Below, in pieces: positions 10,108 through 19,556 of a stretch of 64,000 bases of DNA; the first letter of the stretch is position 1; each line of letters starts with the position of its first letter. The stretch is taken from positions 288,755-352,754 of IMG/VR virus record IMGVR_UViG_3300023184_000024; one strand, given 5' to 3'. Position numbers and translations under genes: made by a program. A model generated the notes under the pieces. The model was not told where the DNA came from and ran no database searches. It saw only the letters and a list, made by a program, of their open reading frames with translations.

Positions 10108-11144
10108 TGAGAATTTTGTCTACATTAAAGTTTGGTCGCAATCTTGATCAAATTGATAAACTAGATCACAATGACGTTGTGCATATCTATGACGTGTTTG
10201 ATGAAGCCACAATAGATAATTGGCTAGCAACCAAAGGCACCCCTGCATACATCCTGGCAGATCATCATGTCCTGCCCGGCAAATACAACAATTTATACTG
10301 TGTTCCGTTGTACATCGAACACTGGGCCACTAAACAAGTTCCTAGACTTGTACTCGAGGAATACAGTACAAACTACGCATTTAATTTTAACATTAAAACC
10401 ACCACAATTAATCGATTTCTTTGCATCAAGCTAGTAGAACTATTCAACCTTGACAGCTTTGACTATACCTGGAGCGGGGATCATCCCAAGTTCAATCTGG
10501 CATCAGTGATTGATGAACTAAATTCGCTGGACAAAGACTTTTTAACTTTGGAACAGCGTACACAATTGCTAGGTCCAGTTCTGCGCACTACTAAAAAATT
10601 CTTAGAAATTGCCGATATACCAATCCCTGCTGGCGATGAAACTACCGCCAGAGATTTTAAAAATTCAGTTTGGGCATGGAGTACAGGCCCGTGGAATTAT
10701 AGACTGCGACATGTGGTGGGACAATCGGCTATAAGCTTGATCACAGAAACAGTTAACCATCAACAAACTGCTGTGTTTACAGAAAAAACATTGTTTGCAA
10801 TTCTGGGTCTTACATTCCCAATTTGGGTTGGTGGATATAAACAAGCTGAACAATTACAATCTCTGGGATTTGATATATTTGACGACGTTGTTGATCACAG
10901 TTATCAACATTATGGTACTCTGGTAGAACGATGTTATTATGCTTTTAGAAAAAATATTGCATTATTACAAAATGTAGATCTTTGTCAAGAATTAAGAGAA
11001 AAACATCGAGATAGATTGATTTCTAATAGAAATCTACTGACCAGCGATCATTTAAAATTGAAAAATTTAGAAATTATAAACTCCTGGCCCACGGATCTAA
11101 TAAATTGTGCAGTAGAAATTAGAAAATCACTGTCATTGGTTTAA
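10104..11144 (+). CDS. GT10-like ('TEK' motif) putative glycosyltransferase
   Basis: ITET..FTEKT..FPIWVGG..GFDIFDDVVDHSY. Confidence 0.5.
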   Translation: MMRILSTLKFGRNLDQIDKLDHNDVVHIYDVFDEATIDNWLATKGTPAYILADHHVLPGKYNNLYCVPLYIEHWATKQVPRLVLEEYSTNYAFNFNIKTTTINRFLCIKLVELFNLDSFDYTWSGDHPKFNLASVIDELNSLDKDFLTLEQRTQLLGPVLRTTKKFLEIADIPIPAGDETTARDFKNSVWAWSTGPWNYRLRHVVGQSAISLITETVNHQQTAVFTEKTLFAILGLTFPIWVGGYKQAEQLQSLGFDIFDDVVDHSYQHYGTLVERCYYAFRKNIALLQNVDLCQELREKHRDRLISNRNLLTSDHLKLKNLEIINSWPTDLINCAVEIRKSLSLV

Positions 11145-11193
11145 TACTCAATAGCCAAAATCCGCTAAATAATTCAAAGGCCAATATCACAAA

Positions 11194-11454
11194 ATGCAAA
11201 AAAAGACTCGCAGTATTTTAGAAGAGCTTGATTCTGTATACGATGCCCACAATAAAAACAGGGATCGTCAATACATCATTGAAAGTCGTGCTAGCAATGC
11301 AATTGCTTCCGCTGTTCGTGTGGTGGAACAAATTGAATCTAGTTATACGCCGGATCAAGCTGAAATACTGGTGCGTAAATTGTTGAATGCAATACGTGAT
11401 AAAGATCCTAACAAGTTTATGAGAACGTTAAGGCGATCAAATGCAGATATATGA
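11194..11454 (+). CDS. Hypothetical late protein
   Basis: TAAATA at 11166; 86-aa ORF. Confidence 0.6.
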   Translation: MQKKTRSILEELDSVYDAHNKNRDRQYIIESRASNAIASAVRVVEQIESSYTPDQAEILVRKLLNAIRDKDPNKFMRTLRRSNADI

Positions 11455-12118
11455 TATTACCAATAGAAAACAACAGTTAACTGAAGCCAGCTTTACAGAT
11501 TATGTAAAGGCTGCGTTTACCAAAGATCCCAACATGGCAAACTTACCCTTGGATCAACGTGCCGCTGCCATGATGAAAGACACAGCCATGCAAAATGTAG
11601 CTAAACTTGCGCTACAACAATGGCAATCCAAAGTGCTGACACTGATTCGTGCAAATCAAAACATGCCAATCACTGACCGTGAATACACTGATAACCTCAA
11701 AGATTTTATTGAAAAAACTCTGTTGCAAAAACCATTGACCACGCTAGATCAGCTCAGTCGACAACGCCTGGGTGTACAGATCAACAATGTATTGGCCAGT
11801 CGCAATGACCCTAAAAAACTGCAACAAACATTCCAAGAATTAGCGGTCAACACAGCGGCCGCACGTCAAGACCCAACAAGGGTGGGACGACAGTACGCAC
11901 AGGCTGCCGCACAAGCGCCCACAGGCTCGGCTCAAGCCGGCAGTGCTCAACAAACATCTCCGCTGATTAAAAGATTCATGCAATCCACAGTCAATGCATC
12001 ACAGCTGGCAGGACTACAACAATTTCTAGCACAAAACGTACAAGGCGGCATTGTTCGCAGTACTGGCAATGCCGTGGTAGATGCATTTATCAATCATTTG
12101 GGTGTTAAAACAAGATGA
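11441..12118 (+). CDS. Hypothetical, probable internal head protein
   Basis: N-terminal LTE motif, Gln/Ala-rich, in a late operon. Confidence 0.5.
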   Translation: MQIYDITNRKQQLTEASFTDYVKAAFTKDPNMANLPLDQRAAAMMKDTAMQNVAKLALQQWQSKVLTLIRANQNMPITDREYTDNLKDFIEKTLLQKPLTTLDQLSRQRLGVQINNVLASRNDPKKLQQTFQELAVNTAAARQDPTRVGRQYAQAAAQAPTGSAQAGSAQQTSPLIKRFMQSTVNASQLAGLQQFLAQNVQGGIVRSTGNAVVDAFINHLGVKTR

Positions 12119-14067
12119 AGCTAACTGAAGGCGGCAATGTATTCAAAGATGCACAAGGAAAACCTTTAACACAGCGTATCAACAAGGCTGATGTTCCTGC
12201 CACTATTAAATGGATTGAAGGAGTATCGGGTGTTGATTTTAGCGCAGAAATTGACCCAGCCACAAAAACTCCAGCCAAGTGGTTGGGCAGTACAGGCAAA
12301 GCTGCCAGCAGTGGCGACTTAGATCTTGCAGTGGATCTCAGCCAGGTAAGCAAAGAAGCCTTGGCTGCAAAATTAACTCAGTACATACAAAGCCAAGGAT
12401 TAGACCCACGTGAATGGGTGGTTAAAAAAGGTGAAGTGCATTTAAAAACGCCCATCGCTGGTGATCCTAAAAAAGGTTACGTACAAACAGACTTTATGTT
12501 TTTCCCTAACTTAGACTGGGGACAATTCTTTTATGCTGGCGGCACAGACAGCGCCTACAAAGGTGTGTATAGAAATATCTTAATGAGCTCGATTGCCAAG
12601 CAACTGGGACTCAAAGTTGGTGCCAATGGCATGATTAGTCGCACTACAAATCAACTGGTCAACGGTGGTATGGATCCTGATTATGTGGCCAGTGTGTTGC
12701 TGGGCAAAGGTCATGACCGTAAGAGTCTAAAGAATGTTGAAACCATATACCAGAATCTAGCCAAAGATCCAAACCGTGATGCTAAACTAGCAGACTTCCG
12801 CGAATATCTAGCTAGGGAAGGACTGCAGGAACCAGGACAAGTGCAAGAAAGCGAAGTTGGGTTCATGGCACGCTTGCGTGATAGAATTGTCAATCAAGGT
12901 TATCATATCATCATTGAAGACGAAGCGCCAGCAAAGAAAAAAGATCCAAGAATCCCGCATCCTGAAGATGCGTTCTTCATGGGCGGAAGTGCAGTCGCCA
13001 ACAAGGCCATACGAGATCTCGAAGGAGCCATTGCCAGTGCTGGCAAAACTACTATTAAGTGGGATGGTAAACCTGCGCTGATTTGGGGCAGAATGCCCAA
13101 TGGTCAACTAGCAGTCATGGACAAGTACATGTTTGATGCCAAGTATCCAGCACAGAGTCCCGAAGATTGGATCAAGTATGATCAACAAAAAAAATCTGGT
13201 AATCTAAGAACTGACTTGTACCCTAAAATCAAAGCCATATGGTCTGGCCTGGATGCTGCCACAGTGGGTCCCGGATTCTACTGGGGTGATTTGATGTGGG
13301 CCGGGGAACTACAACCACAAGGTGGCAAGTACGTGTTCAAACCCAACCTTGTACAATATTCAATACCAGCCAACAGCGAACTCGGGCAAACCATACCCGG
13401 CAAAACTGGTGGCATTGTAGTGCATCAACAATTTGCTAACTTGGGTGATCAAACAGCCCAAACTTGGAATGGTCAAGGACTACAGAACGTCCGTGGTGGT
13501 GTTGACATTATTAGGCCCAACATTGGTATTTCGTTTACATTAAAAGCACCAGCCAATTTAATTGCTGCCGCTAAAAAAGCAGTCAGCACTTATGGTGCGG
13601 CTGTAGATCAGTTATTGAATTCTTTGCCGGCCAGTACACGAGCACAAATGCAAACGTATTTTAACCAACGCATAATCGGTGGTACAACATTGAGCATGCC
13701 CAATTGGTTAAAAACCAAAGCCAGTGCTCGACAATACAGCGAGCTAGTAACCGGCAACCCTGATGTCAACGGACAGTACAATGCCGAAACTGGCAACATA
13801 CCTGGAAAATTGTACACGTTAGATGCCAACAATAAACCAGTTCCTAGTCCTGCACATCTTGGATTGTTGGCAATCTGGACCTCAATTTATAATTTAAAGT
13901 TGGACTTGGCACAACAGTTGGAACAACAAGTGCAGGGACTTGAACAAAGTACAGCAGGGCAGGCCGAGGGCGAAGGATTTGTTGTACCTACCCCAACTGG
14001 ATTAGTCAAGCTGGTGAACCGCGGAGTGTTTTCAGCAGGAAACGCCCAGCAAAACAATCCCAAGTAA
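12115..14067 (+). CDS. Two-domain protein: Pol-beta-like nucleotidyltransferase plus RNA-ligase-like domain
   Basis: LGSTGK..SGDLDL..QTD in the N-half; KWDG, EGEGFVV and VKLVNR in the C-half; N-terminal MKLTE. Confidence 0.6.
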   Translation: MKLTEGGNVFKDAQGKPLTQRINKADVPATIKWIEGVSGVDFSAEIDPATKTPAKWLGSTGKAASSGDLDLAVDLSQVSKEALAAKLTQYIQSQGLDPREWVVKKGEVHLKTPIAGDPKKGYVQTDFMFFPNLDWGQFFYAGGTDSAYKGVYRNILMSSIAKQLGLKVGANGMISRTTNQLVNGGMDPDYVASVLLGKGHDRKSLKNVETIYQNLAKDPNRDAKLADFREYLAREGLQEPGQVQESEVGFMARLRDRIVNQGYHIIIEDEAPAKKKDPRIPHPEDAFFMGGSAVANKAIRDLEGAIASAGKTTIKWDGKPALIWGRMPNGQLAVMDKYMFDAKYPAQSPEDWIKYDQQKKSGNLRTDLYPKIKAIWSGLDAATVGPGFYWGDLMWAGELQPQGGKYVFKPNLVQYSIPANSELGQTIPGKTGGIVVHQQFANLGDQTAQTWNGQGLQNVRGGVDIIRPNIGISFTLKAPANLIAAAKKAVSTYGAAVDQLLNSLPASTRAQMQTYFNQRIIGGTTLSMPNWLKTKASARQYSELVTGNPDVNGQYNAETGNIPGKLYTLDANNKPVPSPAHLGLLAIWTSIYNLKLDLAQQLEQQVQGLEQSTAGQAEGEGFVVPTPTGLVKLVNRGVFSAGNAQQNNPK

Positions 14068-14134
14068 CCGTTTTTTTGTGAATTGACTAAATAAAAGTAG
14101 GCCCAAAAGGGCCACTAACTTAGGAGATTCTAAA

Positions 14135-14599
14135 ATGGCATATTTTCCACCCTTTAATGGTGACGCACAACCAGTATTTGCAATGGACATCAACAATGGT
14201 CCACAAACTGGTAACATTGGTTCCACAGCTGCCTTGGTGCAGATGGACGGCCCCAAGCTTGACTTTTTCAAAGTAATTGTGCAAAACGGTTCTAACCAAG
14301 CAATCGATTTGCGCACACAATTGGGTTCTTACAGTGCCGGCGTGTTTACGCCTGGTGTTGTGGTGCAACTCAACCAAGCTATTCAACGTACAGCAACTAT
14401 TGCCAAGTACCAAGTCGAAGGCGATGCAACTGGTCAAATCAGCTATGCTGTGTACCCACAAGGTGCATGGACAGCCGCTACTCTTGACGCAGCCTTGAAG
14501 GCTCTAGGTAACGTTCAGATTACAGCCAGCGATGGTACAGTGACTGGCGTTAATGTGTCTGGCACAGACGCTACAGACCCAGGCTTCAAACTAGCTTAA
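14135..14599 (+). CDS. Probable abundant virion protein
   Basis: Own TAAATA, 5' hairpin GGCCC-AAAA-GGGCC, strong AGGAG and own terminator. Confidence 0.5.
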   Translation: MAYFPPFNGDAQPVFAMDINNGPQTGNIGSTAALVQMDGPKLDFFKVIVQNGSNQAIDLRTQLGSYSAGVFTPGVVVQLNQAIQRTATIAKYQVEGDATGQISYAVYPQGAWTAATLDAALKALGNVQITASDGTVTGVNVSGTDATDPGFKLA

Positions 14600-14619
14600 T
14601 CAAATTTAATTTGATGCAG

Positions 14620-14645
14620 GCCCCAGATTTATTCTGGGGCTTTTT
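14620..14645 (+). terminator. Rho-independent terminator
   Basis: GCCCCAGA-tttat-TCTGGGGC followed by TTTTT. Confidence 0.85.
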
Positions 14646-14666
14646 CTTGGCCGTTAAATACACGAT

Positions 14667-15293
14667 ATGTTATCGTTCCCACAATGGCCCACATTATTTT
14701 ATTCGTTCGACTGGCCCGAGCATAGAAAATATGCAGAAAAGCTAAAACAAGTATGTCGCGACTTGGAGTCTCAGAACAAAGTCAGCAACGTCAGTTCAGC
14801 AATAAAACACAATCTGTATGAAAGTGCATTTAACTTTGTTGAGCACAAAAGCACCGCAGTTGAAGAGTGGAGCCACTGGGTCAAAGACTGTATATTCAAA
14901 GCCAGCACAGCCGCCAACAAAACTTACTGGCCTTCAGGATTAAATCTGCAAATTGAGTTACACGAGTCCTGGTGCCACATTACCAGAGATGGTGGTTATC
15001 ATGATGTGCACCTGCACCCGGGTAGTTCTTGGAGTTGCATTTATTATCTTGACACTGGCGACATGGAAACTGACTCAAAAAATGGAGTCAATCGTTTTTA
15101 CAACCCAGTGACACCAATGTACACTGATGCAGGTACTGTGTATACAAACAGCGCCACCAACTTTGATGTCAATGGCAAAAACGGCATGTTGTTTGTGTTT
15201 CCAAGTTGGATAAACCATTCGGCTTTGCCCTACATTGGTGCCAAAGATCGTTATGTTCTCAGCGCCAACAGCAGGATAACGGTGTCAGAATGA
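14667..15293 (+). CDS. Putative 2OG-Fe(II) oxygenase (TIGR02466-like)
   Basis: ESW..HDVHLHPGSSWSCIYY..FPSWINH..RYVLSAN. Confidence 0.75.
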   Translation: MLSFPQWPTLFYSFDWPEHRKYAEKLKQVCRDLESQNKVSNVSSAIKHNLYESAFNFVEHKSTAVEEWSHWVKDCIFKASTAANKTYWPSGLNLQIELHESWCHITRDGGYHDVHLHPGSSWSCIYYLDTGDMETDSKNGVNRFYNPVTPMYTDAGTVYTNSATNFDVNGKNGMLFVFPSWINHSALPYIGAKDRYVLSANSRITVSE

Positions 15294-15727
15294 CTCATAG
15301 AATTCGTTGCACCACCAAGTTTGACATCACAGCTACAGGGGTGCGAAGTCAATTTAAACTTTCGCATGTTCCTTTTGTTGATAACAACGGAAATAAAATT
15401 GTTGACGTAAGCACCTGGAATAAAGCAAGAAATCAACAACGCAATTGGGAAACTATTATACAGGTTATTAGTCTAAGAACTTTGCCAGATAATATTGTGC
15501 CGCCAGTTGAAATCATAAAAAACAATGAAAAACATTGGCAATCTGAATTTGAAATAAATGACATTGCAACACTGACCACCAATGGCACCACATTCAATGA
15601 ATTATTGGCCGATTGCCAGGATGTTCCTATGTTGATAAATCTAGACGAAGACCCCGGAGTTGAAACAAGTTTAAAGGGCATCGGGGACAAAATCAATATT
15701 TGGTTTGAGCTTGTAGATACTAAATAA
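15290..15727 (+). CDS. Hypothetical protein
   Basis: ATGA overlap with the upstream stop at 15290. Confidence 0.6.
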   Translation: MTHRIRCTTKFDITATGVRSQFKLSHVPFVDNNGNKIVDVSTWNKARNQQRNWETIIQVISLRTLPDNIVPPVEIIKNNEKHWQSEFEINDIATLTTNGTTFNELLADCQDVPMLINLDEDPGVETSLKGIGDKINIWFELVDTK

Positions 15728-15744
15728 TGTCAAAGGGCAATAGA

Positions 15745-16008
15745 ATGGCTGATCCAACCGACATAGAAAAAAAGAGCTTAGAAGCCCACGTAGAGCTGTG
15801 TGCAGAACGCTATCGTTCATTGGAACTTAAAGTATCTGATGTAAGAAACGACATTGCTTCGGTAAAAGGAGTTTTGCAAGAAACTCACGAGTTGGTACAC
15901 AACATGTCTGACAAACGCAATAGTCAGCTAATACAATGGGGCAGTAGTCTGATATTAGTTTTAATTGGATCTGTTGGGTATTTGCTATCCACGTATGTGA
16001 TAAAATGA
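15745..16008 (+). CDS. Small coiled-coil protein with C-terminal TM helix
   Basis: Heptad segment then LILVLIGSVGYLL; TAAATA at 15721. Confidence 0.55.
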   Translation: MADPTDIEKKSLEAHVELCAERYRSLELKVSDVRNDIASVKGVLQETHELVHNMSDKRNSQLIQWGSSLILVLIGSVGYLLSTYVIK

Positions 16009-16508
16009 TCAACGACAAGCAGTTACGTAAATTAGAACAAATTGTTCGACCCGAATTTGATGCAATTGAACACAACAGCATTTTAGAAAACGCCCACGGA
16101 TACACAGTATTTAAAAACTATCTAATTAACACTGATGCGAACACAGTTACAGTGACAAAACACGGTCAGGATATTGGTAATTTCACCAGCCCAAGGATAG
16201 CCATAAGCTGGTGTATTGCTGACAAGTATAATCAACAGCGTTTGGCTCGCGAGATTAAAAATATAGATTTACAACGCAGATTGTTAACCGATGATGTGCA
16301 TGTAAGAACACAGATTGCTAAGAAATGTTCTGATTCAGAACGCAGGGAAACCATGTTTCTTAAGGTGAGTAGTAAACAGTTAATTCTGTCAACACTTAAT
16401 CATCAAATAGATAAATGTGTAAAATTAACTAAATATTGGCAAATAAGAGGATTTGATAATGAAATTGCACGAATTAAGCGCACACAACCGCTCCGAACAA
16501 ATCGCTAA
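16005..16508 (+). CDS. Hypothetical protein
   Basis: 167-aa ORF, ATGA-coupled. Confidence 0.6.
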   Translation: MINDKQLRKLEQIVRPEFDAIEHNSILENAHGYTVFKNYLINTDANTVTVTKHGQDIGNFTSPRIAISWCIADKYNQQRLAREIKNIDLQRRLLTDDVHVRTQIAKKCSDSERRETMFLKVSSKQLILSTLNHQIDKCVKLTKYWQIRGFDNEIARIKRTQPLRTNR

Positions 16509-17325
16509 GATTTTCGAGAGTCACCTAGGTGGAAAAATTGATTTTAATCGATTTGCTCCTGCACACGCCCGTCAACTACTGACCAAGGTTCGTGCACTGG
16601 TACGTGAACACCAAAGTACTCCCAAATTTTACACCAGCGAAAATAATCCAGCCTACCTTAAACTTGTAATGATGGAACAAGCATTGGTTTCCAAGATTGA
16701 AGAAATGGAAGCGCCGATGATTGGCATTGACATGAATGATCCCAAGACCAAGCAAATCATGGACAAGGCCGGCAAAGGGCAAAATTTAACTCCCGATGAG
16801 CAAAAAGTTATCACTGCTGTTGCTACCATGAAAAAAGAAGGCACCAAGCCTGGCATGAAACGCATGGTCAAAGAAAGTGAATTGCAACAAGCACAAGTTG
16901 TGTTGGCTGCACAAGACATGATTGATCGTATTCAGAAAATGACTGAAGAGATCAGTGAAATGCAGTTCAAGGACCTGCCAGCATTGGCAGACTCAATTAA
17001 AAATGATCCTGCACAAGGTCCAGAAAAAGCAACCCAGTTCCAGTCCACAGCATCGGCTGCGTTAAGCACACTGTTGACCAGTGTACAACAAGGCAAGACT
17101 GAATTAGAGGCCGCACAAAATGTATTGACTGGCCAAGCCCCATCGGTTCCGGGTCAAGACGATCTCGGATTACCGCCCGGCGGAGCAGCCGAGCCTGATG
17201 ACAGCATGGATAACTTAGACATTGATGCTGACTTAGAAGTAGATGCAGATGCGGATACAACATTGGTTCCACCCGACGATGAACCGGTAGACAACAAGGC
17301 AGCCTTGGGTCGCGGCCGCAGATAA
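16459..17325 (+). CDS. Probable prohead core/scaffold-type protein
   Basis: MKLHE start, internal xxE sites, helical body, acidic tail ending ALGRGRR, TAAATA at 16430. Confidence 0.45.
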   Translation: MKLHELSAHNRSEQIAKIFESHLGGKIDFNRFAPAHARQLLTKVRALVREHQSTPKFYTSENNPAYLKLVMMEQALVSKIEEMEAPMIGIDMNDPKTKQIMDKAGKGQNLTPDEQKVITAVATMKKEGTKPGMKRMVKESELQQAQVVLAAQDMIDRIQKMTEEISEMQFKDLPALADSIKNDPAQGPEKATQFQSTASAALSTLLTSVQQGKTELEAAQNVLTGQAPSVPGQDDLGLPPGGAAEPDDSMDNLDIDADLEVDADADTTLVPPDDEPVDNKAALGRGRR

Positions 17326-17326
17326 A

Positions 17327-17662
17327 ATGCGCATTAACGAAGTCGAGACTCAGAACGCTAATCCTGAAAAGTTATTGGCGTTATCTCAATTCCTGCTTGA
17401 TCGAGCAAAAGATGAATCTGCTGTTAAAAAAATATCAACTGATGCTTTTTTAAATATAGCACAAGGGATGAAAATTAATTTAACTGCTGATCAACTGACC
17501 AGATTGGCACAACAAGAACCGTTGAACAATGTCATTGCCAGCATCAACAACGGTGAAATTATTTTCAAAGGTGGCGAAGTTCCGGCCGACGACATGTCAG
17601 TGGACAAGGCCAGAGATACTGTGAATAAAATGGCCAAACGGGCCGCAAGTAAAGGACTGTAA
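17327..17662 (+). CDS. Hypothetical, probable internal head protein
   Basis: MRINE N-terminus; follows the previous gene directly. Confidence 0.5.
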   Translation: MRINEVETQNANPEKLLALSQFLLDRAKDESAVKKISTDAFLNIAQGMKINLTADQLTRLAQQEPLNNVIASINNGEIIFKGGEVPADDMSVDKARDTVNKMAKRAASKGL

Positions 17663-17663
17663 T

Positions 17664-17780
17664 ATGTTAGAAACTTTATTTTGGTTATTGATAGGAGCCT
17701 TGATTGGTTGGCATTTTCCCGAACCATCGTGGGCAAAAACACTAAAACAAAAAGTACTTGACTTATTCCAAAAAAAATAG
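17664..17780 (+). CDS. Small membrane protein (38 aa, not in the ORF track)
   Basis: MLETLFWLLIGALIGWHFPEPSWAKTLKQKVLDLFQKK*; AGGA upstream. Confidence 0.6.
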   Translation: MLETLFWLLIGALIGWHFPEPSWAKTLKQKVLDLFQKK

Positions 17781-17786
17781 TATAAT
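17758..17786 (+). promoter_or_regulatory. sigma70-type promoter
   Basis: TTGACT-N17-TATAAT, ending 7 nt before the ATG at 17793. Confidence 0.75.
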
Positions 17787-17792
17787 AACTCT

Positions 17793-18416
17793 ATGAACAG
17801 TTATTGTGCCATTGATGGAATACTACTTTGGGCCATGCTACCCGATATACCTGTGATGCCACAACATGTAGTGGATGACATATTGGGGAAAACAGAAACC
17901 AATACAACCGAACGCACCTATCATGCTCGTGGCCAAGTAGTCTCTGAATCCAAATTGGTCACTCATGACATGAGCCCGATTGTTAATTTAGGATTTGAAT
18001 GGGTGCGAGAACACATTGATGCAGATGCCAAAAGTGTTTGGCGAGCAGACTTTCCTGGCGATTCTAAGAAAGTACCTGCACACACAGATGCTCGTCGAGA
18101 GCACGGAGTTAATTGTATTTTTACCACTGGCAGTTTGCAACCGGTTAAAACACAATTTTACAAACCTCGTGGTAGCAAAGAACTTGCTTTATCACAAAAA
18201 GGTTTGTGGTTCATTGACGAGTCTGAACTAGAAGTAATTGAAGAAGTAGAATTTCCGCTCAGCAAGTGGTGGTATATTAACACTCGTGTTATACATGGTA
18301 CCAACCTTGCCAACTTAACCAGTGTTAGAAGTACTTGTGGTATTGGGTATAATAACGCTCTTGGCACTAACGTGCAACAAATGCTAGATCCAATTTACAA
18401 AAGGATTAAATTATGA
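17793..18416 (+). CDS. Cupin/2OG-Fe(II)-like hypothetical protein
   Basis: HTD motif and a distal His (NTRVIHG). Confidence 0.45.
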   Translation: MNSYCAIDGILLWAMLPDIPVMPQHVVDDILGKTETNTTERTYHARGQVVSESKLVTHDMSPIVNLGFEWVREHIDADAKSVWRADFPGDSKKVPAHTDARREHGVNCIFTTGSLQPVKTQFYKPRGSKELALSQKGLWFIDESELEVIEEVEFPLSKWWYINTRVIHGTNLANLTSVRSTCGIGYNNALGTNVQQMLDPIYKRIKL

Positions 18417-18751
18417 AAAAAGCAATCGCAGTAGTATTTTTAACAGTGTTATCTTTGTCAGCGTTTGCTGGGCCACACGGATATCATGGATCCGGACTCA
18501 GAGTGCAACATCACGGACACGTTGTACATAGTAGCCATTGGAGACATCACAGCGGAGGTTGGAACTGGATGGTGCCAGCAATCATTGGCGGCGCAGTTGT
18601 TTATGAAATATCTAAAAATCAACCACCGCAATCACCGCCGCCTGTTATAGTACAACAACAAACAGTGCTGCCACAGCAAAATTGTAGTCCTTGGACCGAG
18701 ACTCAACACTCTGACGGTTCAATAACACGGACAAGAACATGCGCACAATGA
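18413..18751 (+). CDS. Exported His/Pro-rich hypothetical protein
   Basis: Signal peptide (..SAFA), His-rich tract, glycine-zipper-like IIGGAVV, two C-terminal Cys. Confidence 0.6.
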   Translation: MKKAIAVVFLTVLSLSAFAGPHGYHGSGLRVQHHGHVVHSSHWRHHSGGWNWMVPAIIGGAVVYEISKNQPPQSPPPVIVQQQTVLPQQNCSPWTETQHSDGSITRTRTCAQ

Positions 18752-18855
18752 CATTAAACAAAATAGCCATTGTTCCTGTTGCAGTAATCAGCACTTATCT
18801 TTTATATAAGATAGGACTCGAGCTATGGTGCATAGCATATGGATTGGTAAATTAA
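18748..18855 (+). CDS. Small hydrophobic protein (35 aa, not in the ORF track)
   Basis: MTLNKIAIVPVAVISTYLLYKIGLELWCIAYGLVN*; exactly fills the gap between its neighbours. Confidence 0.45.
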   Translation: MTLNKIAIVPVAVISTYLLYKIGLELWCIAYGLVN

Positions 18856-19248
18856 ATGTCATACTCAGAAAAAGTTATTGACCACTATGAAAATCCCAGG
18901 AATGTCGGATCTTTTGACAAGAGTGATACTGATATTGGTACTGGTATGGTTGGCGCACCTGCTTGCGGCGATGTAATGAAATTACAAATAAAGGTGGACA
19001 ATGTTACAGGTATTATTACAGATGCAAAATTTAAAACGTATGGCTGCGGATCGGCTATTGCGAGTTCGAGCCTCATCACAGAATGGGTCAAAGGAAAAAC
19101 CATTGACGAAGCCGGATCAATCAAAAACTCCGAAATTGCCGAAGAACTAGCGTTACCCCCAGTTAAGATACATTGTAGCATATTAGCAGAAGATGCCATC
19201 AAAGCCGCAGTAGCAGACTACAAACTACGTCATGATATCGGTAACTGA
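18856..19248 (+). CDS. iscU: Fe-S cluster scaffold IscU
   Basis: YSEKVIDHYENPRNVG, APACGDVM, GCGSAIAS, LPPVKIHC. Confidence 0.97.
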   Translation: MSYSEKVIDHYENPRNVGSFDKSDTDIGTGMVGAPACGDVMKLQIKVDNVTGIITDAKFKTYGCGSAIASSSLITEWVKGKTIDEAGSIKNSEIAEELALPPVKIHCSILAEDAIKAAVADYKLRHDIGN

Positions 19249-19555
19249 AAAAGCCGCATGCCGGATTAAAACAGCATTAGCAAAAAGAGGCCAAGGCCTA
19301 GGCATACAAGTTGGAGTTAAAACCACTGGATGCTCAGGACTTGCGTATGTGTTAGAGTATGTGGATAACCCTAATTTACATTGTGTTCAGCACTATGACA
19401 GCAATGGTGTACGAGTGTTTATAGATCCTAAAAATCGTCCTTACCTTGAAGGAATGACCATTGATTTTGTACGCAATGGTCTTAATGAAGGGTTTGAATT
19501 TGTTAACCCCAATGAACGCGATCGATGTGGTTGCGGAGAAAGTTTCAGAGTTTAA
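19232..19555 (+). CDS. iscA: Fe-S cluster assembly protein IscA
   Basis: TGCSGLAY, CGCGESF. Confidence 0.95.
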   Translation: MISVTEKAACRIKTALAKRGQGLGIQVGVKTTGCSGLAYVLEYVDNPNLHCVQHYDSNGVRVFIDPKNRPYLEGMTIDFVRNGLNEGFEFVNPNERDRCGCGESFRV

Positions 19556-19556
19556 T

